A stretch of DNA of 64,000 nucleotides from Eledone cirrhosa (Eukaryota), in NCBI GenBank assembly GCA_964016885.1, contig OZ024740.1, forward strand, positions 168,082,001-168,146,000, in the 5' to 3' direction. The notes under the pieces are model-generated. The model was not told the origin of the DNA and ran no database searches. It worked only from the letters and a program-made list of their open reading frames with translations. Below are positions 38,060 to 52,299 of the stretch, one piece after another. The position numbers and the translations under genes were made by a program. The number at the start of each line of letters is the position of its first letter. Position 1 is the stretch's first letter.

Positions 38060-38100
<41 letters not shown>

Positions 38101-38214
38101 GAAAGAGAGATGTATATACATATACACACAAATACTCGCAGAATTACTAATTCACACATGTACACATAAATATCGAACACATTATAACTAACCATCATCC
38201 CACCAGCATCAATA

Positions 38215-38215
38215 T

Positions 38216-38306
<91 letters not shown>

Positions 38307-38329
38307 TACTACTACTACTACTACTACTA

Positions 38330-38406
<77 letters not shown>

Positions 38407-39075
38407 TTAGCACCATCTGAAAAACCACTGCTTACCACCACCATTATATTCTCCATTATGGCTACCATAAAGTTCACTACCCCGCCATCACAGTCATCCC
38501 CTCCATCACCGCCACGATCGATAACACCATGAACATCCCATCCTTACCACCAACACCACCACTATCTCAATCGTAACCCTCACCACCACCGCCACTAGCA
38601 TCACCACAACCATTGCTATCAGCACAAACAACCAATAAAACCATCACCACCGCCACTGTCACCATTTCACCATCACCACCACCACCAGTATCACCATTTC
38701 TCCACCACCATTGCCGCTATCACCATTTCACCATTACCACCACCGCCACTCTCACCATTTCAGCCCCACCACCATCACCACCGTCAACACAACCACCAGT
38801 GTCACCATCAACACAATCACCACCACCATCAGTCCCACCAGCACCACCACTACCATCAACACCACCTCCATCACCAATACCACCATCTCACCATCACCAC
38901 TATTACCACCACCACTACCACGATCACCACCTCCATCACCAACACCACCGTCACCATTTCACCACCACCCCCACCAGCACCACCACCACCATCAACACCA
39001 CCTCCATCACCAACACCACCATCTCACCATCACCACTATTACCACCACTACCACGATCACCACCCTCACTGCCAA
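38215..39075. repeat. (CTA)n then (CAC)n-rich low-complexity tract
   Basis: Direct inspection. Confidence 0.9.
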
Positions 39076-39257
39076 TACAGATTCAACATTATGTAACAAC
39101 GGTCTAATTGGTGCACCACAGTTGCAAAATTGAAACAACCAAAAGATACAAAAACATACCTCAAACCCATCCATGCCATTGACCCTTAACTACTGATGGA
39201 ATTGTAAGGGTGCCATTGTCATTTAAACGCGTTACCAATAGGGTGGGTATTAACAAA

Positions 39258-39620
39258 CTGATGCCATTTGATACATGTTACGTGGTGAGCATTGCGTATC
39301 AGTTGGACGGACCACAAAGCAATCGAGTTGGTCCTGAAGAGGGGTGGGAACAACAAGGTAGTTGGTTGCGACCACAAAGAAGCAAAAACTGTAATAATTT
39401 GGTCATCTCATCAAAGCCCAGAAACTCTGTCCCTACATCCTCGAGTGATGCAGCAATGGCAAGAGACAGAGAGGTAGACAATGCGACACTGGACTAACGA
39501 CATCAAAGTTTTGACAAAGAAAACGCTAACGGGGTGCACCGTCATGGTGACATCGTGGAGTCAGTAGAGAGCATTGGCACAATTGTCCGTGGTCTCCGAC
39601 CTTCAGTGATAAAGATGGGA
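39258..39620 (+). mobile_element. Degenerate 3' end of an RTE/BovB-like LINE
   Basis: LRISWTDHK..VL, KQKL..FGHLI, GKRQRGR..WTNDIK motifs across frameshifts. Confidence 0.6.
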
Positions 39621-40854
39621 AAAGAGCAGACCTGATGAAGTCCCAGAAACATAGCTGATTTTTCCAGGGAAAGAGGAAGCGTGAGTAAAGAATTAACCCC
39701 AATACTTCACTGTGAGTTTCTTTATCAACTTCGAAAAGATGAAAAGAACAGTTGACCTCAGTGGGATTTGAACTCACGCCGTAGAGAACCGGAAGACATA
39801 CTACAAAGCCTACTATCCGGCTTTGTAACGAAAGAATGCAAAAACAAAACAAAAAACTGTTTCTCATATTAAGAACAATTTACTGCAGTAAGTAATATGT
39901 AGGCAACATTTCTCCCGCAAGCGCGCATGTATATGTGTAGGTGTGTGTGAGCGTGCGTGCGTGTGTGTATGTCACCATGGTGCTATGTTGTGTATGTGTC
40001 ATTGTGGTGTGGTACAAAACATTGTTTTATTGAGGGGTACTAAGTATGGATGAAAATGCTATTGTGTGTTGTGTTATGTTACGTCTTTGTTTGTGTGTGT
40101 GCCTGTATATATGCAGCCGCGTGTGTGTCTGTATATACGATTGTATGTGTCTTTCACGTGGGTGTGCTTAGTATGGAGTGTCTATAGTGTAGCGTGTTGT
40201 AGATTGTAATGAAGGTGATGTTGGTAGTGGTGTTGATGGCAGTTGTGGTTGTGGTGATACTACTGGTGTCAGCCGTGGTTGTGTTGATCTTGTTGGTGTT
40301 AGTGGTGGTGTAGTGACGATGAAGGTGGTGGTGTTGATAATGTTGTCGTCGGTGGACGACGTAAGTGGACGTAGGTGGACATCATTGTCCCCCTCAACCC
40401 CTTCTAATCCAACACTCGGCAGTTTCCCCCTTCTGTCTCCAACTCCTTCTCTTAACAATGCCCTTAACTCTTCCACCGCCACCACTTTCACACTTCAGTG
40501 ATAAATAGCCACTTAGCATGAGCCAGACAGCGCGTTAATGTGATTGTGTATAATGGGGGAGTGAGTGGTAGCAATGGTGGTGGCGGCGGCAGCGGAGTTG
40601 GTAATAATGATTGTTGTTGTTGTTGTTCCTAGTAGCAATGGCGGTATAAGTAGTTTCGGTGATAATAATGATGATGATGATTATGATGGTGATGATGATG
40701 GTGATGGTGATGATGATATGGTGATGAGGAGTATGATACTAATTTTAGTATTGTGTGGATGTTATTTAGCCCCAAGTCAGTGCTGATCATTCAAGCCCAT
40801 ATTCTAAAAATGGTATAGTAATCATCACCTTGTCATTTTCTTTATATATATATA

Positions 40855-41143
<289 letters not shown>

Positions 41144-41870
41144 CTATATTAATTACTACATTGTCCAATGTATTTTCCCTGTTTTTTTTTTTTAGTAAAA
41201 AGCGTTATTTGAGGATTTGGCTGTTATATCTAGTAAGTCTAACAATCATAACGAGGTTTCCTCATCAAGCTGCTGCTGTTCATGGCAATGGTGGTCGTGG
41301 TATCTGACTGACTGTTGGAGGTGATGTTTATAGAAGTTCCGTATAATCACATCTGTCAGCTCGCACGGAAAAGAAATATATGTTTTAATTAAACAATGAA
41401 ACAACTGAAATATATATGACAGCAATTGATCGTATTGTTGACACTTATTGTTTGTAAAGATAATGTGAGGTGGCTTTATATTGTAGTTTGATATTAAACA
41501 CATCAGCTCTGATTTTAAATAGTAAAATATCATGTTATAGTTGTGATCAAACAAAATAGCTACAGCCCCCAAAAAAGTGAATAAATGAATATAGCAAATG
41601 GGAAGGGGTGAGGAAAGGAGAGAATTTTAAAAAATGCAAACAATGACAAAGAAAGACAGAGAATGGGGAATACAGAAAAGAATAAAAAGAAAAGAACGAA
41701 TAAAACCTGAGAAAGAGTGAGAGAAAGAAAATGGGAGATATAAAAAATGGGAGATATAAAAAATGGGAAATATAAGAAAATTGGAGATAGAAAATGGAAG
41801 AAAGAATGAAAGCTACACAGAGCCGGATTAAGTCTTTTTGTGGCCTGAAGCACTTATGGTGCTCCCATAT

Positions 41871-42060
41871 AAGTCTAAGTCTAAAGTCTGTCTCGAACCT
41901 GGAGGCTCATCAGGCCGGTGCTTATCCCAGTATCCATGGCAACTGAGAGTAAAATACTCATCCGGGGACAGGACGCCAGACCATCGCAAGGTTAAATTGT
42001 TTTACTCAAAAACACAACACACAACCCAGTCCAGAAATTGGACCCACAACGTTAGCTCCC
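41871..42060 (-). mobile_element. Degenerate SINE-like fragment
   Basis: (AAGTCT)n tail and GCTCATCAGGCCGGTGCTTATC..CCATCGCAAGGTTA, resembling invertebrate SINE 3' regions. Confidence 0.35.
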
Positions 42061-42355
42061 ATATGTAACGTCTACAAAAACTTTTGGTAGGAATGAGAAA
42101 TACATTGAATTTGAATAAAATGGTGTCGTTCTTCCCTTGAATGAACATATTTTGCTGAATGATTAATCCAGATCTGAAGTTACGAATGGGATTCTTCATA
42201 CTTTACGTTGTACACGCATGTTACTTCACCATCTTGTCTTCATTAAATTGAAGTCCACTTCCCGTTTTCCGAAAATATTGTGGGAAAATTTTCACTGGCG
42301 AGAAAAATGTTGATGCCCAAGCTAACAGTCATTTAGACCAGAGATAGTAATTTAT

Positions 42356-42450
<95 letters not shown>

Positions 42451-42451
<1 letters not shown>

Positions 42452-42857
42452 GAGGGTAATCCCAAAAGTAAGGTCTCCAAAGCGATGGGGACGCAGAGAA
42501 ACTGTTCGTACGGCTGTTGGCAACACTGTTGTGATTAGTGCTTCCTTCACTCCCAAACAAGCATGCGCGCGCTTCGCTGGGATGCTCAATCTTGGATTGG
42601 CAGACATTGAGAATGGAGCTCCCGTTGAACGCTACCGCCAAGTGCGAATTTCGCGCAGTTATTATATACGAGAGCAATCCCAAAAGTAAGGTCTCCTTCC
42701 GAGGAAAACATGCGTAAAGATTGGCGGATCACTCTGGATGCTCTCTGCATTTTGGTTCCTGAGGTTTCCCGAAGCACCATCCACAGGATTTTAACGGAAA
42801 GGTTCAATATCGGAAGTTGCAATATCGGAAGGAGACATTACTTTTGGGATTGCCTTC

Positions 42858-42858
<1 letters not shown>
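42451..42858 (+). mobile_element. Deleted, nested mariner elements
   Basis: Left TIR CGAGGGTAATCCCAAAAGTAAGGTCTCC at 42451 and again (variant) at 42669. Right TIR at 42831-42858. TA flanks. Transposase scraps MELPLNATAKCEFRAVI and RITLDAL..VSRSTIHRILTE. Confidence 0.8.
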
Positions 42859-42909
<51 letters not shown>

Positions 42910-42964
42910 GTGGGGTTTTTTTTACAAATTGAAAAGTAACCGAGGTGTCCTACACGAGTGAAAG

Positions 42965-43153
42965 TATAAAGAAAAAGAGATGAAATCGAAAATGCAACTG
43001 GAGATGTGAGAAAAACCATAGACCCTCCATCTCAACTCTACTTTTGAAAAGCAGAAGAACTGCGAAACCGGTAAAGGAACCAAATAAATATATATATTGT
43101 TTTAAAAAATAAGACTCCAGTTGCACTTTCGATTTCATCTCTTTTTCTTTATA
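42965..43153 (+). mobile_element. Short hairpin unit with degenerate hammerhead (family D)
   Basis: 39-bp inverted arms at 42965-43003 and 43115-43153. Inside: CTT-TTGAAAA-GCAG aagaa CTGC-GAA-ACCGGT-A-AAG (43041-43077). Confidence 0.55.
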
Positions 43154-43167
43154 TATATATATATATA

Positions 43168-43975
43168 TTGTTATACTTGGGAAGGGTCATATTTGTGTAA
43201 TATTGCCAGAATTAATAACAGAACACACTCACTGTTTGGTTGGTTTTCGCTTCTCGCTTCTGTGTCTTTTATATCGGTAATCTAACTTACTCGGTCGTCA
43301 ATGTTGCCATTGACTGACCGACGGTAAAAAATAATACAGATACAATATAGACACAAACACATATATATAGTTTATCATAAATCTTTCGTTGCACATCTGC
43401 AACATCGTCAGTGGTGTTATCGTTTCCTCCTGTTGTATTATATGTCTACGCCATTTTTATTCAGTCTGTTTATATATTTATTTATTTATTTGCTTGTTTG
43501 TTTATTTTATGTTGTCTTCTTTGCGCATGCGTTTGCGTGTGTGTAGTGTTTTGTTTGCTGTGTGATGGGTGACTAGTGTGTGTTTATGTGCTTGTTGTTA
43601 TTGCGTTTGTGTATGTATTTATTTATTTATTTATTTTATTTTATTTACTTATTTATACTTCTCTTAGGTCAGTGTTGTTTGTTTGGGTGTTGTTGTTATT
43701 CCATTGATTCTTTCTGTTTAGTCTTGGCCTTCTAATTTCTATTTCACTGGCCTCTCTGATTTGCCTATCTGCTGGGTCATTTCTATGTTTAGATATTATT
43801 CTAATTTCTATGTTGTCTGTTACCGTCATGTTGTTGTCTAGCATGTTCGTATAGTACTGACCCGTTTTTTCGTGAGACACAGAAGCGAGAAGCGAAAACC
43901 AACCAAACAGTGAGTGTGTTCTGTTATTAATTCTGGCAATATTACACAAATATGACCCTTCCCAAGTATAACAAT
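43168..43975 (-). mobile_element. 5'-truncated copy of the 56.7-60.7 kb PLE with an inverted terminal copy
   Basis: DRQIREASEIEIRRPRLNRKNQWN. 43168-43268 is inverted at 43874-43975. Hammerhead core TCGTCAG at 43405-43411. Confidence 0.85.
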
Positions 43976-44015
43976 ATTTGTTTCGACACACGATTTCATA
44001 TAAAAAACCTCGCAA

Positions 44016-44054
<39 letters not shown>

Positions 44055-44163
44055 TAAACGGAATAGAAAATGCTGACAAATTGTTCACAGTTGAAAAATG
44101 GTTTAATTAGGAATAAAAGAGTATTAGTAATTGTATGGGTTAGTATTCAGTTGTGGTTTTAAG

Positions 44164-44737
<574 letters not shown>

Positions 44738-44930
44738 ATATATATATATATACATACATATATATATATGTGTGTGTGTGTGTGTATACACGGGGGTCGG
44801 CTGAAAATTCATAGGCTGTGAATATGAAGGTTTGATGGTAGGGCTGTGAAATCTTGCATGAATTAATTTCAACTCATCTTATTAATAGCTCCATTGTTTC
44901 TTTCCTGGGACAATGTTAAAAATAAACCTT

Positions 44931-44976
<46 letters not shown>

Positions 44977-44984
44977 TAGAATAT

Positions 44985-45560
44985 TTACATCCATACACAC
45001 CCACACAAAGATATATATACATGTGTGTGTGTCTGTGCATTATATATAGAATCTACGTGGAAAGAAAATGTATAGCATACACTAACAATGAGAAGTACTT
45101 ACAAGACAAGATGTTTGCTAAAAATAAGTCTTATAGAAAAGAAACAATTAGCATAACAATAAACTATGCATTAGGTTTCTTTGTTTGCAGGTGCATGGTG
45201 TAGAGCCTTTTACATCATGTATGAGACTAGTCTAGGAGATGGTTTTCATCTTTGACATATTCTCACTTATCATCATTCACTGCCTTCTAGCGTTTTTCAT
45301 ATATCGTTCTGCCTATACCGCAGTGAATTAACCTAAAACAAATGCCTGATACTGTGGTCTTTCCTGTAGTATACAACATGATTTGTCTTGCTCTGGCTTG
45401 TTTATACATACAGATGTACTTATATACATATACATACATACGTACATATACAAATATACGTACTAATGCACACGCGCGCACACACATATATATGACAAAG
45501 TCACCTGAATAACCATGTAACAAAAATATATATTATGAAATAAACAATTATGGTGAATTA
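44985..45560 (+). repeat. Arm X of nested palindrome (inverted copy at 51039-51622)
   Basis: Mirror ORFs 45287-45523(-)/51076-51312(+) and 45021-45203(+)/51396-51908(-) are nearly identical. Confidence 0.9.
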
Positions 45561-45603
45561 ATCTCGTCTAAATTATCATTATTTGTTATATATATATATA
45601 TAA

Positions 45604-48038
<2,435 letters not shown>

Positions 48039-48647
48039 ATATATATATATATGTGCGTGGTTTTGTATACCTATGGCGAGTGTTTTCGCGTATGCTTGTG
48101 TATTTGGTTGCGTGTATGTATTTATTTAATTTCAATTACCTCTGTATTGTATTTTATTTACTTTATTCTTTACTTTGAAGCGGAGAATCATTCGGTTTCC
48201 TAGTTAGAATGTTGTCTACGACTTCAGCTATACCATTTAAGTGGTTTTGTCTTTGCGTGCAATTGTTCTCCACGCTCCACATATGACGTATTATGTTCGT
48301 TTTTTTTCGTTCATTGCCAGAGAACGTCTCTATGAACCACCTAAGAGAACATTAGTCTACGACTTCTTTTATACCATAAACGTGGTTCTGTCTTTGCGTG
48401 TAATTGTTTTTCACCGCTCCTATTAATGACGTATTATATTCGTTTTTTCCCGTTCTTTGCCAGGGAACGTTTCCACGAACCAAAGTATCGCCTTCCTGTC
48501 TTCCTCCGGTTGCAACGTTTTTTGAAATATCCACTTCTTCGTTTACAGTTTGACTTTGTTAGTTTCAGAAGATCCCGTTAAGGGTGAAAGCAGCGATTCT
48601 TTGCTTAAACTTTAATCTGTTATTTTAATAAATATATATATATATAT

Positions 48648-49513
48648 AGCAGTAAGAGAGAAAGAGAGAAACACAGAATCGCAGTTTAGGTAAATATATG
48701 TGAAAAATATGGGGAGAAGAATACTGCATGGTTGCACAAGGATTACATGTTATAAAATGAGTCCCTCATCAGTGATTTACCAACGATCATTGGTATTTCA
48801 TCGCATTAAAAATCATATACCTCACGTTGGTGCGATAATAACTAAAATAAGTTATTAGGACAATTGAAACGCGTAAAGCGAGTGAGACAAGTAAACAACA
48901 CAGGGGGAAGCTAACCGAAGATAGAAAGAAACACAAGCAACATGGTTATTCTGTCAGTATAAGCTGGGTGAATATATGAGCGAGTAAGAAATAGACCTTC
49001 CGCTAGTGAATCCGATGTAAGAAAGAAGGAAAATCGTTTTCGTAGCGAACGGGGGGAAGTGAGAAGGGGAGAAACAGAGAGTGAGTGAGTGGAAGTGCGA
49101 GGAAGAGGTCAGTAGAGAGAAAGTGTTAACTGACATGACAGAGGGGACGAAAGAAAGTAAGAGAAACAGAGAGAACGAGGGAGCAGTAAGAGAGAAAGAG
49201 AGAAACACAGAATCGCAGTTTAGGTAAATATATGTGAAAAATATGGGGAGAAGAATACTGCATGGTTGCACACGGATTATATGTTATAAAATGAGTCCCT
49301 CATCAGTGATTTACCAACGATCATTGGTATTTCATCGCATTAAAAATCATATACCTCACGTTGGTGCGATAATAACTAAAATAAGTTATTAGGACAATTG
49401 AAACGCGTAAAGCGAGTGAGACAAGTAAACAACCCAGGGGAAAGCTAACCGAAGATAGAAAGAAACACAAGTAACATCGTTATTCTGTCAGTATAAGTTG
49501 GGCGAATATATGA
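48648..49513. repeat. Two ~332 bp direct repeats (period 534) around a purine-rich spacer
   Basis: 48648-48979 is nearly identical to 49182-49513. TA runs on both sides. CTGATGA on the minus strand of each repeat. Confidence 0.85.
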
Positions 49514-49798
49514 ATATATATATATATATATATAAACGGAAAAAATGAAACGAAATTTCATTTCCCACTCTTAGTACGGCTGTTACTTAAATATTAGTAT
49601 GTACACGTACATACATATATGTATACAGACGTACAGTAGTATGTATATATATATACATACATGCACACATATATATATGTACGTATGGATTCACCGAACA
49701 TTTATTATAATGCTCGGTTTGTTTGTAAACAAACATCCCGTATTAAGCCGCAGTGTCTAGCAACCATCGTTGCTCGTTTGTTCAACACTGACAAAGGA

Positions 49799-49840
49799 AC
49801 GCATACTAGTTTCAAGCTTATTAGCTATCGTCAGCAGCGT
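49799..49840 (-). ncRNA. Minimal type I hammerhead, unit 1
   Basis: ACGCTG-CTGACGA-T-AGCT aata AGCT-T-GAA-ACTAGT-A-TGCGT. Confidence 0.75.
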
Positions 49841-50218
49841 ATACCTTCATGCCAGTTTGTTGAACGTATATACTTACCTTATGCATATTAACGGTTCAGT
49901 AGCCCAATTTGCATATCGAGTGGGTTAATCGGCCGGGTGCACCGAAAACGACAAACGGAAAAAAGAAAAGGAAATTTCATTTCCCACTCTTAGTACGGCT
50001 GTTACTTAAATATAAGTATGTACACGTACATACATATATGTATACAGACGTACAGTAGTATGTATATATACATACATACATGCACACATATATATATGTA
50101 CGTATGGATTCACCGAACATTTATTATAATGCTCGGTGTGTTTGTAAACAAATATCCCGTATTAAGCCGCAGTGTCTAGCAACCATCGTTGCTCGTTTGT
50201 TCAACACTGACAAAGGAA

Positions 50219-50260
50219 CTCTGTACTAGTTTCAAGCTTATTAGCTATCGTCAGCAACGT
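50219..50260 (-). ncRNA. Minimal type I hammerhead, unit 2
   Basis: ACGTTG-CTGACGA-TAGCTAATAAGCTT-GAAACTAGTA-CAGAG. Confidence 0.75.
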
Positions 50261-50640
50261 ATACCTTCCTGCCAGATTGTTGAACATATATACTTACCTT
50301 ATGCATATTAACGGTTGAGTAGCCCAATTTGCATATCGAGTGGGTTAATAGGCCGGGTGCACCGAAAACTATAAACGGAAAAAAAAATGAAACGAAATTT
50401 CATTTCCCACTCTTAGTACGGCTGTTACTTAAATATAAGTATGTACAAGTACATACATATATGTATACAGACGTACAGTAGTAGGTATATATATACACAT
50501 ACATGCACACATATATATATGTACGTATGGATTCACCGAACATTTATTATAATGCTCGGTGTGTTTGTAAACAAACATCCCGTATTAAGCCGCAGTGTCT
50601 AGCAACCATCGTTGCTCGTTTGTTCAACACTGACAAAGGA

Positions 50641-50683
50641 ACGCTGTACTAGTTTCAAGCTTATTAGCTATCATCATCAACGT
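50641..50683 (-). ncRNA. Hammerhead, unit 3 (core mutated to ATGATGA)
   Basis: Stem I ACGTTG/CAGCGT intact; C3 lost. Confidence 0.6.
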
Positions 50684-51038
50684 ATACCTTCCTGCCAGAT
50701 TGTTGAACGTATATACTTATCTTATGCATATTAACGGTTGAGTAGCCCAATTTGCATATCGAGTGGATTAATCGGCCGGGTGCACCGAAAACGATAAAAG
50801 GAAAAAATGAAACGAAATTTCATTTCCCACTCTTAGTACGGCTGTTACTTAAATATAAGTATGTACACGTACATACCTATATGTATACAGACGTACAGTA
50901 GTATGTATATATATATATACATTAACCCACTGGATATGCAAATTGGGCTACTCAATGGGGCTACTCAATTGGGCTACTTACTGGTGCTTTATTTTATCGA
51001 CCCCGTAAGGATGAAAGGCAAAGTTAACCTCGGCGGGA

Positions 51039-51622
51039 TAATTCACCATAATTGTTTATTGCATAATATATATTTTTGTTACATGGTTATTCGGGTGACT
51101 TTGTCATATATATGTGTGTGCGCGCGTGTGCATTAGTACGTATGTTTGTATATGTACGTATGTATGTATATGTATATAAGTACATCTGTATGTATAAACA
51201 AGCCAGAGCAAGACAAATCATGTTGTATACTACAGGAAAGACCACAGTATCAGGCATTTGTTTTAGGTTAATTCACTGCGGTATAGGCAGAACGATATAT
51301 GAAAAACGCTAGAAGGCAGTGAATGATGATAAGTGAGAATATGTCAAAGATGAAAACCATCTCCTGGACTAGTCTCATACATGATGTAAAAGGCTCTACA
51401 CCATGCACCTGCAAACAAAGAAACCTAATGCATAGTTTATTGTTATGCTAATTGTTTCTTTTCTATAAGACTTATTTTTAGCAAACATCTTGTCTTTTAA
51501 GTACTTCTCATTGTTAGTGTATGCTATACATTTTCTTTCCACGTAGATTCTATATATAATGCACAGACACACACATGTATATATATATCTTTGTGTGGGT
51601 GTGTATGTGTGTATGGATGTAA
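51039..51622 (-). repeat. Arm X' of nested palindrome
   Basis: Reverse complement of 44985-45560. Confidence 0.9.
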
Positions 51623-51752
<130 letters not shown>

Positions 51753-51871
51753 TATATGTTTATATTGTATATGTATATAATTAAAAAAAGATATTCGCTC
51801 TAGATGGCTGAATACAATAAATGTAATCTGAGTTTTTCGAATATTAATTATAATATTCCATTCGTTGGCAG

Positions 51872-51938
51872 GTGAACAGTGAACTGTACTGATGAAGGGT
51901 AATACCAAGAAACATTAGTGGCCGCAGTTCTGTTTACA
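51872..51938 (+). ncRNA. Family A hammerhead, cleavage triplet mutated
   Basis: GTGAACAGTGAACTGTA-CTGATGA-AGGGTAATACCAA-GAAACATTAGTGGC-CGCAGTTCTGTTTAC. Confidence 0.6.
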
Positions 51939-52048
51939 TGCCAACACAAAAGCAAGAATGAGGGTCTCATTCTACTGACATGGCTTTAAAAATGAGGCTT
52001 GTTTGCATAATTGCAAACGAATCGAATATTATTATTAATATTCGAAAA

Positions 52049-52236
52049 TGGCGGAGGATTGGCAGTATCGGTGGAGAGTCGGACACCATGCTTTAACGCA
52101 AAGAGTTACGGCCCTTTCCATTCTGAGTTCAAATCCCGCCAAAGTTAACTTTGCCTTTCGTCCTTACGGGGTCGATAAAATAAAGTACCAATAATGCACT
52201 GCGTAATTGCTGGCCTTGTGCCAAAAGTAGAAACAA
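52049..52236 (+). mobile_element. tRNA-derived SINE inserted in a family A unit, 18-bp TSD
   Basis: ATTATTAATATTCGAAAA at 52031-52048 and 52236-52253. Confidence 0.9.
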
Positions 52237-52299
52237 TTATTAATATTCGAAAAACTCAGATTACATTTATATATATATATATGAAATAGGATTTTGCAA

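Larger units (their letters stand above)
32266..38060 (-). mobile_element. Tx1-like LINE copy F, full length (ORF1 intact, ORF2 broken)
   Basis: ORF2 frameshift at about 34186. Followed by (TAGA)10 at 38061-38100. Confidence 0.95.
49534..50978 (-). mobile_element. ~420-bp tandem repeat (3.3 units) with one hammerhead per unit; non-LTR-retrozyme-like (family F)
   Basis: Units start at 49534, 49953, 50373 and 50796. Inverted partial copy at 50922-50978. Confidence 0.8.

Noticed and set aside
49534-50921. CRISPR-like or plain satellite interpretation of the tandem repeat
   Set aside because: No unique spacers and a eukaryotic context; the units are whole 420-bp copies carrying a ribozyme motif
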